DNA of 64,000 nucleotides, taken from IMG/VR virus record IMGVR_UViG_3300027712_001108, positions 93,924 through 157,923 of that record. The stretch is one strand, 5' to 3'. Shown here piece after piece: positions 37,455-48,036 of this stretch (position 1 is its first letter; every line of letters starts with the position of its first letter). This DNA is from a virus. The position numbers were made by a program, and so were the translations under genes. The notes beneath the pieces were generated by a model. That model made no database searches and was not told the DNA's origin. It saw only the letters and a list, made by a program, of their open reading frames with translations.

Positions 37455-40400
37455 ATGAAAATTATTAACATTATACCAAATACGCAATCTATATTTGAAG
37501 CAAAGGTTATCGGTGATTATCACCGAGGCATGTATAATGATGATGACGATGATGATGACGATAGCAGTTCATCGGGCTACAAACGTCGTATGCCACTCGG
37601 TAGTATACTGAATAAACATAAAAAATCTAGAAAAAAGAACGTTTCTTTACCCAGTAATACACCCCCAATCAGGTATGATTTGCCAGATTGGGACGCTGTG
37701 TTTGTTTTCACAGGGCATTTTAGAGATAGAATAGCAGAGCGCCATATCAATTATAATTTTATGGTAGATGAATTGTCTAACATTTTAGAAAAACACAAAG
37801 ATACTATTCAAAGTTTGCCAGATGATGAAGAATTCGTAATACGTGATAGATTCAGATTTAACAGTATAATTGTTGTACACCGTAATGATGATGGTAGTTC
37901 TACATATTATGCTGTAACTATGTTACCAGCCACCAAAGCACGTAGCACTTTTGAAAAATTCAAATATGTGTTTAACGAATCAGATGATAGACATCCAATT
38001 AAACTAGGTGATCTTGTTACTATGTCAAAAGGCATGGAAGATGCCGATTTTTGGATAGAATATCGCGGCAGTATTAATACAGTTGGTAAACCCAGTAAAG
38101 AATACGGTCCGCATAAACTTGGTATAAAAGTCACAGCAACTGATCGATTGGATCCAAAATATTTGTACTATATGTTTATGCATTTGCATAACCAAGGGCA
38201 GTTTGCAAAAATAGCCAACGGTACAACCAATCTAGTTAATATAAGAATACGCGACATTGCTAATATACCATTGGCAATGTCAGAATCTATTGCAGAAAAT
38301 GATGACGAACCGGTCAGGATAACGCTGCGAGGCTTTCCTAAAAGTCCAGACGATAGGCCGGAAGCAAGTGCTGCCAAGCGATGGATAGATCATCTGTATG
38401 CAACTCTGCCTACCAATCCGTTAAATCCAGACCAACTAGCACTGGTATACGGCGAAGGTGCAAATCAACAGATAGCACTGTTTGAGTTAGAACCAGTAAA
38501 GGGCGATCCAAAAACTGTCTATGTCAAGTGGTTCCAAGCATACCCAATGCGTCAGGGTGTAGGTACTAGAGCCATGAAAGAGTTGCAGGACATGGCAGGC
38601 AAAGCAGGTCTTAAACTGAACTTGATCAGCTGGAATCACGGTAAGGTACCAAGACGTGCGCTAGACAAGTTCTACAAAAAAGTGGGATTCAAACCCAGTT
38701 CTGGTAAACTAAGTGGTCTAACCTGGGATCCACTAAGTGAAACGGACGCTGTGACATTTGCAGGCAAAGATCCAAGAGAATTTACATCACCCAATGGTGG
38801 CAAAGCAGCAATGGTCATAGTTACTGCACAGGGATCGCGCTATCTTATAACAGATGATGGTATGGTGCTGCGCCATAAGTCTGCACATGCCAACACAGGC
38901 GGCGATGATCAAGGCCTTAAAAATTGGTCACAGCACATAGAATTTTATGATCCCAGTGAAAAAGTAGGCGGTACTACATTCCCGTTAGCAGTGTCTGCGT
39001 CTGTGAGTAAAAATCTACCAGTTGCATTAAGCAAAACACCCGATGGACTTCGTGCGCTGGCAATTTTAGACAATGGCAAGTGGCGTGTGGCTAAAATCAG
39101 TGATGTATTCAAACATGTTGCAAAAGATGATGTGCCGATTGCTGGCAAGTACAGCACAAGTCCCAAACTGCATTGGCATACCATGGATTACGATATCAAC
39201 AGCAAAGGTATGCTGTCTAGAGTACACCCTGGCAGTCCAGTGTCACACGGTGCTGTAATCAAGCATGCGGTAAACGAAAACGATGACGACTATGGTGTCG
39301 ATGACACACCCGACATAAAAGGTGCTAAAAAATGCATACAAGATGTCAAACGTGATTTTGATTCGTTGGGCGAATTGCCTGTTAATGGTTTACTAAGTGA
39401 TTTGCAATATCGTTACAATTTAGACAATGCAACTATCGGCAAGTTGATAGAACCTATTAAATCAGACATCGTTGTCTATATAAACACCATGTTAAATCAA
39501 GGCGGTCATCCTGTATACGGCGCAGTACGACGTATATATAAACTATTCCAATACGATATTGCGTGGCCGGAACTGTATAGTATACTGAATATGCATAGGC
39601 GGCATATTATAAAATACATGTTAGACAAAATTAAAGTCAATGACATTGGTGTAGTTCAAGAACAACTTCGACATTTAAAAGAAATGGGTATAGATTGGCC
39701 GGAACTAGTTACTATACGTAACAGCGTAGTACCCAACAACCTTATAGCAGAAGTAGGACCTGCCATTGACAATGTATACGGTCTTGGTGCAGTTGGCATA
39801 AGTGGTAATATCAACTATATGGGTCTTAGAGTATATGTAAAACCCAGTGTGTTTTTGAAACTTGCAGCCCGTCATCCTGATATGCAAACGGATTACATTC
39901 AGCAACACATGTCCGGCGGTAAAGCCATAGGTGCACCGTTTCTTGATATAAATATTCCCAGTGAATGGATAGATAAATCTTCTAGACATGATCAAGTGGC
40001 AGAAGGCGATTTGACCGAACCTGCCATGGTTATTGGGCATGAAGGTCGTCATCGCATGGCTGCTATCTTAAAAGACTATGGCGATGATCCCATTGAAACA
40101 CATTTGGTGTTTCGTGGACTGCGCCGCCGCCATATCACTGACAACATGATTGAACGACTGAACCAAGATATCGTCAATGAAAACGGTAGATTGTATCAAG
40201 GCTCGTGGTTTAATTTAACTGACGTAGTTACAGAAACTGATGATGACGATATTGATTTTGATACTAATTTTGTAGAACAGGACTTTTTAAAAGATCTACG
40301 TAACTATGGTATACTTGTTGCAATAACTGATATTTCAAATAAAGCCGAACGCGATGCCAGATTTTATCGCGATACTGCAATATATCATGACACTGTGATA

Positions 40401-40703
40401 GACCACAAATCATTAATAATCAGGGAACTACTAAAACGTATGAGTGCAGCAACAAGTCATACTGAGTTTCTTGTCATTGACGACTCTATTGCGTATCTAA
40501 CTAAAAAGCTAAAATTAAATTGGCCAGAGTTAAACATAATAAGACAGAGCTGCAAAGCTCATGTAGCAGCATTACCGGACGATCATCCAGGATACGACGA
40601 GTTAGATGAAAAATGGAGCAAAAAATACAAAAACAGTATAAACTGTTCCAATCCCAAGGGATTCAGTCAACGTGCGCATTGTGCTGGTAAGAAAAAAAGA
40701 TAA
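37455..40703 (+). CDS. putative polyprotein: RNase(BECR)-like, HsdS-TRD-like, GNAT, ParB-like, WPEL modules, small Cys domain
   Basis: ATAAATA 37443; HFRDRIAER; LDPKYLYY; RQGVGTRAM...FYKKVGF; EGRHRMAA; three WPEL motifs. Confidence 0.75.
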   Translation: MKIINIIPNTQSIFEAKVIGDYHRGMYNDDDDDDDDSSSSGYKRRMPLGSILNKHKKSRKKNVSLPSNTPPIRYDLPDWDAVFVFTGHFRDRIAERHINYNFMVDELSNILEKHKDTIQSLPDDEEFVIRDRFRFNSIIVVHRNDDGSSTYYAVTMLPATKARSTFEKFKYVFNESDDRHPIKLGDLVTMSKGMEDADFWIEYRGSINTVGKPSKEYGPHKLGIKVTATDRLDPKYLYYMFMHLHNQGQFAKIANGTTNLVNIRIRDIANIPLAMSESIAENDDEPVRITLRGFPKSPDDRPEASAAKRWIDHLYATLPTNPLNPDQLALVYGEGANQQIALFELEPVKGDPKTVYVKWFQAYPMRQGVGTRAMKELQDMAGKAGLKLNLISWNHGKVPRRALDKFYKKVGFKPSSGKLSGLTWDPLSETDAVTFAGKDPREFTSPNGGKAAMVIVTAQGSRYLITDDGMVLRHKSAHANTGGDDQGLKNWSQHIEFYDPSEKVGGTTFPLAVSASVSKNLPVALSKTPDGLRALAILDNGKWRVAKISDVFKHVAKDDVPIAGKYSTSPKLHWHTMDYDINSKGMLSRVHPGSPVSHGAVIKHAVNENDDDYGVDDTPDIKGAKKCIQDVKRDFDSLGELPVNGLLSDLQYRYNLDNATIGKLIEPIKSDIVVYINTMLNQGGHPVYGAVRRIYKLFQYDIAWPELYSILNMHRRHIIKYMLDKIKVNDIGVVQEQLRHLKEMGIDWPELVTIRNSVVPNNLIAEVGPAIDNVYGLGAVGISGNINYMGLRVYVKPSVFLKLAARHPDMQTDYIQQHMSGGKAIGAPFLDINIPSEWIDKSSRHDQVAEGDLTEPAMVIGHEGRHRMAAILKDYGDDPIETHLVFRGLRRRHITDNMIERLNQDIVNENGRLYQGSWFNLTDVVTETDDDDIDFDTNFVEQDFLKDLRNYGILVAITDISNKAERDARFYRDTAIYHDTVIDHKSLIIRELLKRMSAATSHTEFLVIDDSIAYLTKKLKLNWPELNIIRQSCKAHVAALPDDHPGYDELDEKWSKKYKNSINCSNPKGFSQRAHCAGKKKR

Positions 40704-40716
40704 AGGGAAAACAAAG

Positions 40717-41361
40717 ATGAAAATAAGTGATCTCGTTTACAATGCCAGCATCGACGATGTTAACGAAAGTAAATCTAAATCTATGAGTCGTGCTGCCAAA
40801 GGCAATGAGAAATACGGCAAAGACGGTATGAAAGCTTTGGCCAAAGCAGGACGTGACGGCGCCAGCGAAGAAAAGTTAGACGCAATACGCGACAAATATG
40901 ACAATTATAATGAAAGCACGGATGCACTGAATAGAATACTACAACTCAGCGGAGTAGAATTAACAGAATCATTGACGCCGGATCAGCAGTTCAATATGAT
41001 TGAAGAATTAGTAGAACATTTGGCCGCAGAACATGGCGTGGATCCAGATGCGATCTGGGAAGATTTCGAAACTGTAGATGACTATGAACTATATGAAAGT
41101 GCAGCATGGCATCGTAAAGAAGGCAAGAACAAAAAAGGCGGTTTAAATGCCAAAGGTGTAGCCAGCTATCGCAGAGAACACCCTGGTAGTAAATTACAAA
41201 CCGCAGTAACTACCAAACCTAGCAAATTAAAGAAAGGCAGCAAAGCTGCTAAACGTAGAAAAAGCTTTTGTGCTAGAATGTCCGGTGTTAAAGGACCAAT
41301 GAAAAAACCAAACGGTAAACCAACTCGCAAGGCGTTGGCCCTACGCAAATGGAACTGCTGA
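40717..41361 (+). CDS. putative polyprotein of small basic domains (C-terminal GGLNAKG...RRKSFCARM domain)
   Basis: MKISDL leader; VNE/YNE/LTE/LYE linkers. Confidence 0.75.
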   Translation: MKISDLVYNASIDDVNESKSKSMSRAAKGNEKYGKDGMKALAKAGRDGASEEKLDAIRDKYDNYNESTDALNRILQLSGVELTESLTPDQQFNMIEELVEHLAAEHGVDPDAIWEDFETVDDYELYESAAWHRKEGKNKKGGLNAKGVASYRREHPGSKLQTAVTTKPSKLKKGSKAAKRRKSFCARMSGVKGPMKKPNGKPTRKALALRKWNC

Positions 41362-41362
41362 T

Positions 41363-42094
41363 ATGAAAATTAATGAACTAGTAATAGAAGCTGTAAAGCA
41401 ACGTTTAGATCCAAAATGTTGGAAGGGCAAACACAAAGAAGGCACCAAAATCAAAGGCGGTGTTAGAGTTAATAACTGTGTGCCCAACGAAAGTATAGAA
41501 GAAAGCAAAGTTAAACCCAGTGCAAAATACTTAAAACTAGCTGATGCACTGGAAGATTATGCCAATAAGCATATTCCCAAGTCGCAGCCGGGCTTTGGCG
41601 ATTTCATGTACCATGCTGAATTAATACGCAAGGGCCATCAAGATGTGCATAAACAAGATTTAAACACTGTGCAACAGAAGTATCGCAAAACTATGGGCGA
41701 TATGATAAAACAACATCTTGATGAGACTCGTATCAGCGAAGGTCTTACTTACAATGATCCTGTATCAAAGTGGATAGCAGTGTTCAAAGCCAGCACACAT
41801 CCAAAGTTTAAAGGAAAGACAGCTGAGCAGCGTGAGAAGATGGCACGTATGGCACAGTACAAAGCTGTGCAAAACAAAAAACCGTTATCAGAAAGCAAGA
41901 AGCGTAAGGCTAAGACACTTATAGACGGTATGATTAAATCCCTAATCAAGCAAGGCCGCACACATGATGAAGCTGTAGCTGATCTCAAACGACAAGTTGA
42001 TTCACGTTTTTATGAGCATATAGATGCGTTAGCTGCTATGATAACAGAGCACGAATCTAATGCGGATTCTATTAACGATCAACGAGGTAGATAA
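41363..42094 (+). CDS. putative polyprotein of small domains
   Basis: MKINELVIE leader; CWKG...NNCV domain; IEE/LDE/ISE/LSE linkers. Confidence 0.75.
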   Translation: MKINELVIEAVKQRLDPKCWKGKHKEGTKIKGGVRVNNCVPNESIEESKVKPSAKYLKLADALEDYANKHIPKSQPGFGDFMYHAELIRKGHQDVHKQDLNTVQQKYRKTMGDMIKQHLDETRISEGLTYNDPVSKWIAVFKASTHPKFKGKTAEQREKMARMAQYKAVQNKKPLSESKKRKAKTLIDGMIKSLIKQGRTHDEAVADLKRQVDSRFYEHIDALAAMITEHESNADSINDQRGR

Positions 42095-43481
42095 CAACAT
42101 GTCTGGTCATGTGTATAAACCAAAACAACCTGTAACAGAAACATTTGATCAACCATACAAATCCAAATGGGAAAACAGTGAGTATGGCGATGTTGATCTG
42201 TTGACTAAGTTACCGGATGGCACAAATTTAAGTATCATGTTCAACCATGAAGGCGACGACGAATGGCAAGTTGAATTCTATAGAGACAACAGCCAAGCAG
42301 TAACCGGCCAAGGCGATGCACAGCGAATATTTGCCACTGTGATAAATGCTGTCCAGAAATTCGTTAAAAAACACAAACCACAGTTAGTGAGATTCTCTGC
42401 AAGCACAGAGTTAGATCCTGGACAGAATAGCGAAAGTAGAGCTAAATTATACGGTAGAATAATTCAGCGTTATGCTAGTGCAATGGGATATGAAGCGTAT
42501 CAAGAGGATCACGGCGATCAAGTTACATATGAATTGACACGATTAGAAAATGTAACGGAAAACAGTGCAGATGGCCTAATAAGTGGCAAAGAAATGCTAG
42601 ACATCTTTAAACGCATGCACCATGAACACGGCTTCAACAAGCAGATGGAACGTTGGATTGCCAAACAAACGTGGAGTCTTGATACAATTGAGCCAGAACA
42701 ATTGCAAGACATGTACAATGACGACGAAGACACTGATCCGTTTGATAGAACCGTTTGGTTAGACGATGCAGTGGTTACCAAATATGAGCGTATATTGAGT
42801 GCAGGACAATTGGTTAATCCCATCATAATGGGTCTGGATCGCACTGTGATAGATGGTAACCATCGTGCGCAGGCTGCAAAAAACTTGCATGTAAGCATAC
42901 CAGGTTATGTACCAGTTAAGAATGATGTAACAGAAAACTTTACAGATGGTAAAGGTCCTGGTCGCCCCGGAGACAGTCGACGCCACGGTATTCCCAAGCA
43001 CGCTACATTAGCGCAGCTAGACAAGATCTCACATCAAGGTGGCCGCAAAGGTCAGCTAGCACACTGGCAAGCCAACATGCGCAGAGGTCGTGCAAAGACC
43101 AATGAAGCCATTGCTCCGCATGGAGACAGTTGGAACGAATTGAATTTGATGAAGATTGGCCAAAAGCCAGCGGCACTGGTAGGCCCACATGAATTTGAAA
43201 AACTCTACAAGCCAATTATGCGCAAGTATAACTGGATATGGACACATGTCACGGTGCCCAACCCTGATTCGGGACCTCTTGTACTTGGATTTGAACGTTA
43301 TATAATTGGCCAACCTGGCGAACAAGCACGTATTGCTCGTATGCATCATTTGCTTGTACAAATGAACAAAAATCTTAAAAATGGTATCAGACCTGATGCA
43401 GACTATCATATAGAAATGGGTAGACTGCTGGGATACAGCGATGCTGATATTTCAGAGTTTCTCAAAAAAATAAATCTATAA
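42060..43481 (+). CDS. putative polyprotein including ParB/Srx-like domain (start may be 42099)
   Basis: VIDGNHRAQAA; three VTE linkers and one TNE. Confidence 0.75.
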   Translation: MRILLTINEVDNNMSGHVYKPKQPVTETFDQPYKSKWENSEYGDVDLLTKLPDGTNLSIMFNHEGDDEWQVEFYRDNSQAVTGQGDAQRIFATVINAVQKFVKKHKPQLVRFSASTELDPGQNSESRAKLYGRIIQRYASAMGYEAYQEDHGDQVTYELTRLENVTENSADGLISGKEMLDIFKRMHHEHGFNKQMERWIAKQTWSLDTIEPEQLQDMYNDDEDTDPFDRTVWLDDAVVTKYERILSAGQLVNPIIMGLDRTVIDGNHRAQAAKNLHVSIPGYVPVKNDVTENFTDGKGPGRPGDSRRHGIPKHATLAQLDKISHQGGRKGQLAHWQANMRRGRAKTNEAIAPHGDSWNELNLMKIGQKPAALVGPHEFEKLYKPIMRKYNWIWTHVTVPNPDSGPLVLGFERYIIGQPGEQARIARMHHLLVQMNKNLKNGIRPDADYHIEMGRLLGYSDADISEFLKKINL

Positions 43482-43519
43482 ATTATTGATACTATCAAAA
43501 TAGCAGAGTAAAATTCACT

Positions 43520-44362
43520 ATGACACAAGTACTATTCAGCATGCCATGCCATGAAAGCCATGAAGCAGTTAATATCAACATAGCCAATCTGCGACGATTC
43601 AACGGATTGCAGCATCAAATTTTGATACATGCAGACGCAGGTTGGAACGATTGGATGGAAGAACGTGTGGATTTTCCCAATGTCTACATCAATCCCATGC
43701 GTTATCGTACAAACCATGCACACAGCCAAATTGTCACACACATAAGCAACTACTTGAATGCAGTGGAGCGCGGTGTGGATTTTGATTATGTGGCAGTGTT
43801 TCATACCAGTGAGATGTTTATCAAACGAGGCATGCACGATCATATTGACAAATATGATCACAGCCTTTGGTTCACACCAGAAACACAACCGCATGATCTA
43901 AGTTGGCCACCCTTGGGCAAAGCAGTTGAAATGCGCATGTTCAAGGATCTATTTCCGGCTAATATACTCAGCAACTATCTGGGTAATTTGCTGGAAGGCA
44001 GTTGGTGGAAGCGCGAACTGTTTCAAGAAATTGTAGACTGGACACTGTATCACTATGATTTGGAAGATTTGCAATTGCCATGGGCAGCAGAAGAAGTGTT
44101 CTTTCCAACACTGAGTTGGCACTTGTCTGGTGGTAAAAACTTCACACACCCGTATTGTGCATTCCATCATGAAGATCATTTTATCAAAGATCGTATACTG
44201 ATAGATGGTATACGCAATGGCAAAGATGTGACATTCTGGCAACCTCAAAACTTTGTCTATGATTGGAAACCTGTGCCCAGCCAAGGCCTATTCTCTGTCA
44301 AACGCATCAGCAGAGATTTGGAAGATCCCATACGCATATATCTAAGTTGGCTCAAAGCCTAA
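43520..44362 (+). CDS. hypothetical protein, possibly glycosyltransferase-like
   Basis: Long ORF lacking the leader/linker pattern; functional guess is weak. Confidence 0.55.
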   Translation: MTQVLFSMPCHESHEAVNINIANLRRFNGLQHQILIHADAGWNDWMEERVDFPNVYINPMRYRTNHAHSQIVTHISNYLNAVERGVDFDYVAVFHTSEMFIKRGMHDHIDKYDHSLWFTPETQPHDLSWPPLGKAVEMRMFKDLFPANILSNYLGNLLEGSWWKRELFQEIVDWTLYHYDLEDLQLPWAAEEVFFPTLSWHLSGGKNFTHPYCAFHHEDHFIKDRILIDGIRNGKDVTFWQPQNFVYDWKPVPSQGLFSVKRISRDLEDPIRIYLSWLKA

Positions 44363-44459
44363 CACCATACGTTGATGTCTTCAATGTGAATTTCTTTAAT
44401 AAATACTGATAGACATTTTCAGCTTAGCTGCACACCTCTAATAAGGTAACGTATATACT

Positions 44460-45626
44460 ATGAGATTACTAGATATTTTTGAGTCGTTTTATTTGTTAGA
44501 AGACCTAGAAGGGCAAAAAGCTCAGCGTGGTCAGTTTCTCAAAGACAAGTATGGCAAAGATTTTAAAGGCTTGCCTGGCTATGGGCCGGACGACTTAGAC
44601 AAGCTGATTGAAAAGATCGGCGAAGTTGATCCCACTCGTAACGGTGCTTACATGCAGTGGATTGGACGATTGGCACTGACAAAGCCGGGTGAGAATCGCA
44701 CAGAAGATTTGGACCGTGTGGGACAGGACTTGCAGAACTTCGAACAGTTCAAAGCACGTATTGCCAACAAAGATATCAACGCTTACAAAAGCTTTAACCA
44801 GCTCTACGATATAACTGAGCCGTTTACTAGACCACAAGAAAAAACAAAAGACGACAAGGCCAAAGACAAAGAAGCGGCAGAAATTGCCAAGCTGAAAAAT
44901 GAAATCATCACAGTCTACAACGGCCCAGAAGGCTGGATACGTATTCCCAAAACACAAGCTGCTGCTACATACCTTGGCAAGGGTACACGTTGGTGTACTG
45001 CTGCTACTGGCAACAACATGTTCAACCATTATAACCGAGATGACAACCTATTTGTTGTACACGATAAAGCACAATCAAAAGTGTATAGAGAATTTATGGC
45101 GAACCCTGCCAATGCCGGTAAGCCAAAGCCTCACAACGGCATGTATCAGTTGCACATTGAAAGTGGTCAGTTTGCATCAGACGACGACCGCAATCAGGGT
45201 ACTAGCTCAGTGCCGCCGTGGGCAAGAACTCCTATACTTGAATATTACAAAGCCAACAATCCAAATCTATCATGGAAACAGATAATGACACTGAGTACAT
45301 TCGGCGATGAAAATCTCGCAGTTGGTACAAAGCATGAAGGTGTTATAAATCTGTTCAGCTTGTTTGATGCAATTGAACAACAAGATTATAAGAAAATACT
45401 GTACTGTGCAGCCAGCTTGCCTAATTTCAATATAGAATCTACACCAGACTATGCTGAAGAAATGGACAAATACAAAGCAAACTATATAAAAGACATGCTG
45501 ACCAATCTTAATAAAGGTCCAGACGGCTACGCAGATGTAAATGCCATGCTGTCGCAACTTGAAAGTTTTGGAATGCCATGGCCTGAACTAAAACCCATTC
45601 GCGCTAAATTAAACGCTGTAATTTAA
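44460..45626 (+). CDS. putative internal-head protein with GTRWCT motif and C-terminal WPEL module
   Basis: ATAAATA 44399; MRLLDIFESFYLLE; LGKGTRWCTA; GMPWPELKPIR. Confidence 0.75.
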   Translation: MRLLDIFESFYLLEDLEGQKAQRGQFLKDKYGKDFKGLPGYGPDDLDKLIEKIGEVDPTRNGAYMQWIGRLALTKPGENRTEDLDRVGQDLQNFEQFKARIANKDINAYKSFNQLYDITEPFTRPQEKTKDDKAKDKEAAEIAKLKNEIITVYNGPEGWIRIPKTQAAATYLGKGTRWCTAATGNNMFNHYNRDDNLFVVHDKAQSKVYREFMANPANAGKPKPHNGMYQLHIESGQFASDDDRNQGTSSVPPWARTPILEYYKANNPNLSWKQIMTLSTFGDENLAVGTKHEGVINLFSLFDAIEQQDYKKILYCAASLPNFNIESTPDYAEEMDKYKANYIKDMLTNLNKGPDGYADVNAMLSQLESFGMPWPELKPIRAKLNAVI

Positions 45627-45639
45627 TCGTACTGCAACA

Positions 45640-45666
45640 CGCCCTTGTATTAGTTTACAAGGGCGT
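45640..45666 (+). terminator. hairpin, probable terminator
   Basis: CGCCCTTGTA-ttagtt-TACAAGGGCG. Confidence 0.55.
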
Positions 45667-45720
45667 TGTCATGACATCTATATAGCGATAAATATCTTGC
45701 AATAACACAGGTATTTTCAC

Positions 45721-46194
45721 ATGCGACACTTTATATCATTAATAGAAAACATCAATGCTGAAAATTATACAGTACCGCAAGATGTAATAGATGCAATTGG
45801 AGAAACTCTAGATAATGGTTCTGCGTGGAGTTTGGAAAATGTGTACAGTTTAATGGATGAGCTTGACGTACCTGAAGATGCTACAACAGAAGTGCTTAAA
45901 CGTCTGTTGCCGAATATAAAAAATTGGCTAGACCTGATGATAAATGAATATACGTTGGTCGGTGCAATGGACAGCATAATGTATCTAATTGATGAAGAAG
46001 GCCTGGAAGAATTCAAACCTATTTTAATACAAACCATAAAACAAAATAGAAGCAAAGTAATTAAAGGGTTGCTGCGAAACCTGCAAGAAAGCGTTATGGG
46101 TATTGAACACGTTATTGATTATCTGATGTCGCTGGGATTTGAATGGACTGAATTACAAACGATATACGATAGTGTTCATACAGGTAGAAATTAA
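45721..46194 (+). CDS. WPEL-module protein (1 unit)
   Basis: ATAAATA 45688; MRHFISLIE; GFEWTELQTIYDS. Confidence 0.75.
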   Translation: MRHFISLIENINAENYTVPQDVIDAIGETLDNGSAWSLENVYSLMDELDVPEDATTEVLKRLLPNIKNWLDLMINEYTLVGAMDSIMYLIDEEGLEEFKPILIQTIKQNRSKVIKGLLRNLQESVMGIEHVIDYLMSLGFEWTELQTIYDSVHTGRN

Positions 46195-46197
46195 TCA

Positions 46198-48036
46198 ATG
46201 TCCACTACAAATATAGATACCAGCATAGACAAACTGCGAGACAGATTAGAAGCTATTAAAACAGCTGGCGAATACTATAAACTTACCCCAATATTATCTC
46301 AAATTTCTAGAGTAATAGACAGTAGGCGTGACAACACCGAAACCAATTTATATCTGTTTGAAAAACTTGATCAACTGCTGTTGCATTACAAACCAATAAT
46401 TCTAGAGTGGTTAAACGATCAATTTGAGCATGCTATATATGGCGGACTTGAAGGTCTAGAAATTTTAAAAAATGACATTGGACTTGATTGGCCAGAGTTA
46501 GGCAACTGGATTAATACGCATAAGCATACATTCGTTAAACAGCTTGTTTTAGGTATGAAGCAAAATGATTTCCATTCAGTTATATCTGACATTGAAGAAT
46601 TGCGTAGATTAAATGTGACTTGGCCAGAATTGGATATTTTTGAAAAACCTGCTCGCGAAGAACAACAACGCATAGACTTTCGTTATGTAGGCGATGACAA
46701 CGACGCCGATGATTATATAGATGATCACGATTTGCATGAGGATGATAGCGTGTCTCCTAAAATTAAAAAAACAGTACAATATTTGTTGAATACTGGCCAT
46801 GTGGATGTGTTTGTACGGCAGTTGGAAGATCAAGGACTAGACGATTCTAGAATCGTAGAAGTATTGTCACCGCATGCAAAACAAATAGTAGATAAAATAA
46901 CTGAAAACAAAAGAATGCCGCCTTATGCAGTATACGAACTGATATTGCTTTTACAACTTGGTGCAAAATGGCCTGTGTTATTAGATGCAATCTCAAATAA
47001 CAAGCATGCAGTTATCAAATATCTGTTAACCGACTTTAAAGAGAATTATGCAGATGACATCATGCTAGACAGTTTGAATAAAGATCTTGAACGCTTGAAA
47101 TCATTTGGTATAAACTGGAAAGAACTGGAGATACTTGAAACCAGCGTTGTCGATCAATTAAAAGATCGCGGGCTATACGATGATCGTACTCCATTGGCAG
47201 AAGCACAGCCTGTAATACCACCTAAAATAGTAAAACAGTTTGAACGTGAATACAGCAATATTCACCTGCGCGGTGTTACTGCTATATGGGAAACAGTGGT
47301 ACACTTGAAAGACATAGGTGCAACTGATCAACAAATTGCATCGCTGCTATCAGAACGTCGCGAGCAAGTTGCACAGGTAATTAGAAACAGCTTGCACAAT
47401 GAATCTCCTAAAAGTTTCAATCCCATTAACGAGGCCATGTACGCCATATACGAATTGCTAAGTGTAGGTATTAAATGGCCTTTGCTGTTACAGCTACTAG
47501 ACCGCTATAAAGACAAAGTCACAGCCTGGGCAATTGCAGGCGCTACTGATAGTCACTTTGGTTCAATTATTGCAGACAGATTAGTTGCCTTTGAAAAACT
47601 GGGATTTGACACTGCTGATATTAGACAGGAATTAAAAGCCAATGTATCGCCTGATTTATTAAAATCTCTATATAGGCAAGGGTTCGGTTGGCACGTACAA
47701 AATAAAATACAAACACTTGCTAAATTAAATCTCCTACCAATTGAATTCAATGACAGAGACATAGATGATATTTTATCTGTATTCATGGACTATGTTGCCA
47801 ATTACAGAATGTCTAAAGATGCATATAATGCATTGGTCGAGTTAATACCGCACGACATTGCTAAAATAAAACAGACGTTTGAGAAAAACAAAGCAACTAT
47901 AGTAAAATCCCTGCTTAAAAGCATAAAATCGCAATATTCACAGTCTATAGTAGACACATTGCATATACTACACAAGTTGAATATTAAATGGCCAGAAATG
48001 TCTGTTATTACAACTAGTCTGAAAGCAGGCAGATAA
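46198..48036 (+). CDS. WPEL-module repeat protein (6 motifs, 3 predicted units)
   Basis: WPEL, WPEL, WPVL, WKEL, WPLL, WPEM; LHE and LAE linkers. Confidence 0.8.
   Translation: MSTTNIDTSIDKLRDRLEAIKTAGEYYKLTPILSQISRVIDSRRDNTETNLYLFEKLDQLLLHYKPIILEWLNDQFEHAIYGGLEGLEILKNDIGLDWPELGNWINTHKHTFVKQLVLGMKQNDFHSVISDIEELRRLNVTWPELDIFEKPAREEQQRIDFRYVGDDNDADDYIDDHDLHEDDSVSPKIKKTVQYLLNTGHVDVFVRQLEDQGLDDSRIVEVLSPHAKQIVDKITENKRMPPYAVYELILLLQLGAKWPVLLDAISNNKHAVIKYLLTDFKENYADDIMLDSLNKDLERLKSFGINWKELEILETSVVDQLKDRGLYDDRTPLAEAQPVIPPKIVKQFEREYSNIHLRGVTAIWETVVHLKDIGATDQQIASLLSERREQVAQVIRNSLHNESPKSFNPINEAMYAIYELLSVGIKWPLLLQLLDRYKDKVTAWAIAGATDSHFGSIIADRLVAFEKLGFDTADIRQELKANVSPDLLKSLYRQGFGWHVQNKIQTLAKLNLLPIEFNDRDIDDILSVFMDYVANYRMSKDAYNALVELIPHDIAKIKQTFEKNKATIVKSLLKSIKSQYSQSIVDTLHILHKLNIKWPEMSVITTSLKAGR

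Noticed and set aside
37535-37562. GAT/GAC trinucleotide run
   Set aside because: Simply encodes a poly-Asp linker.
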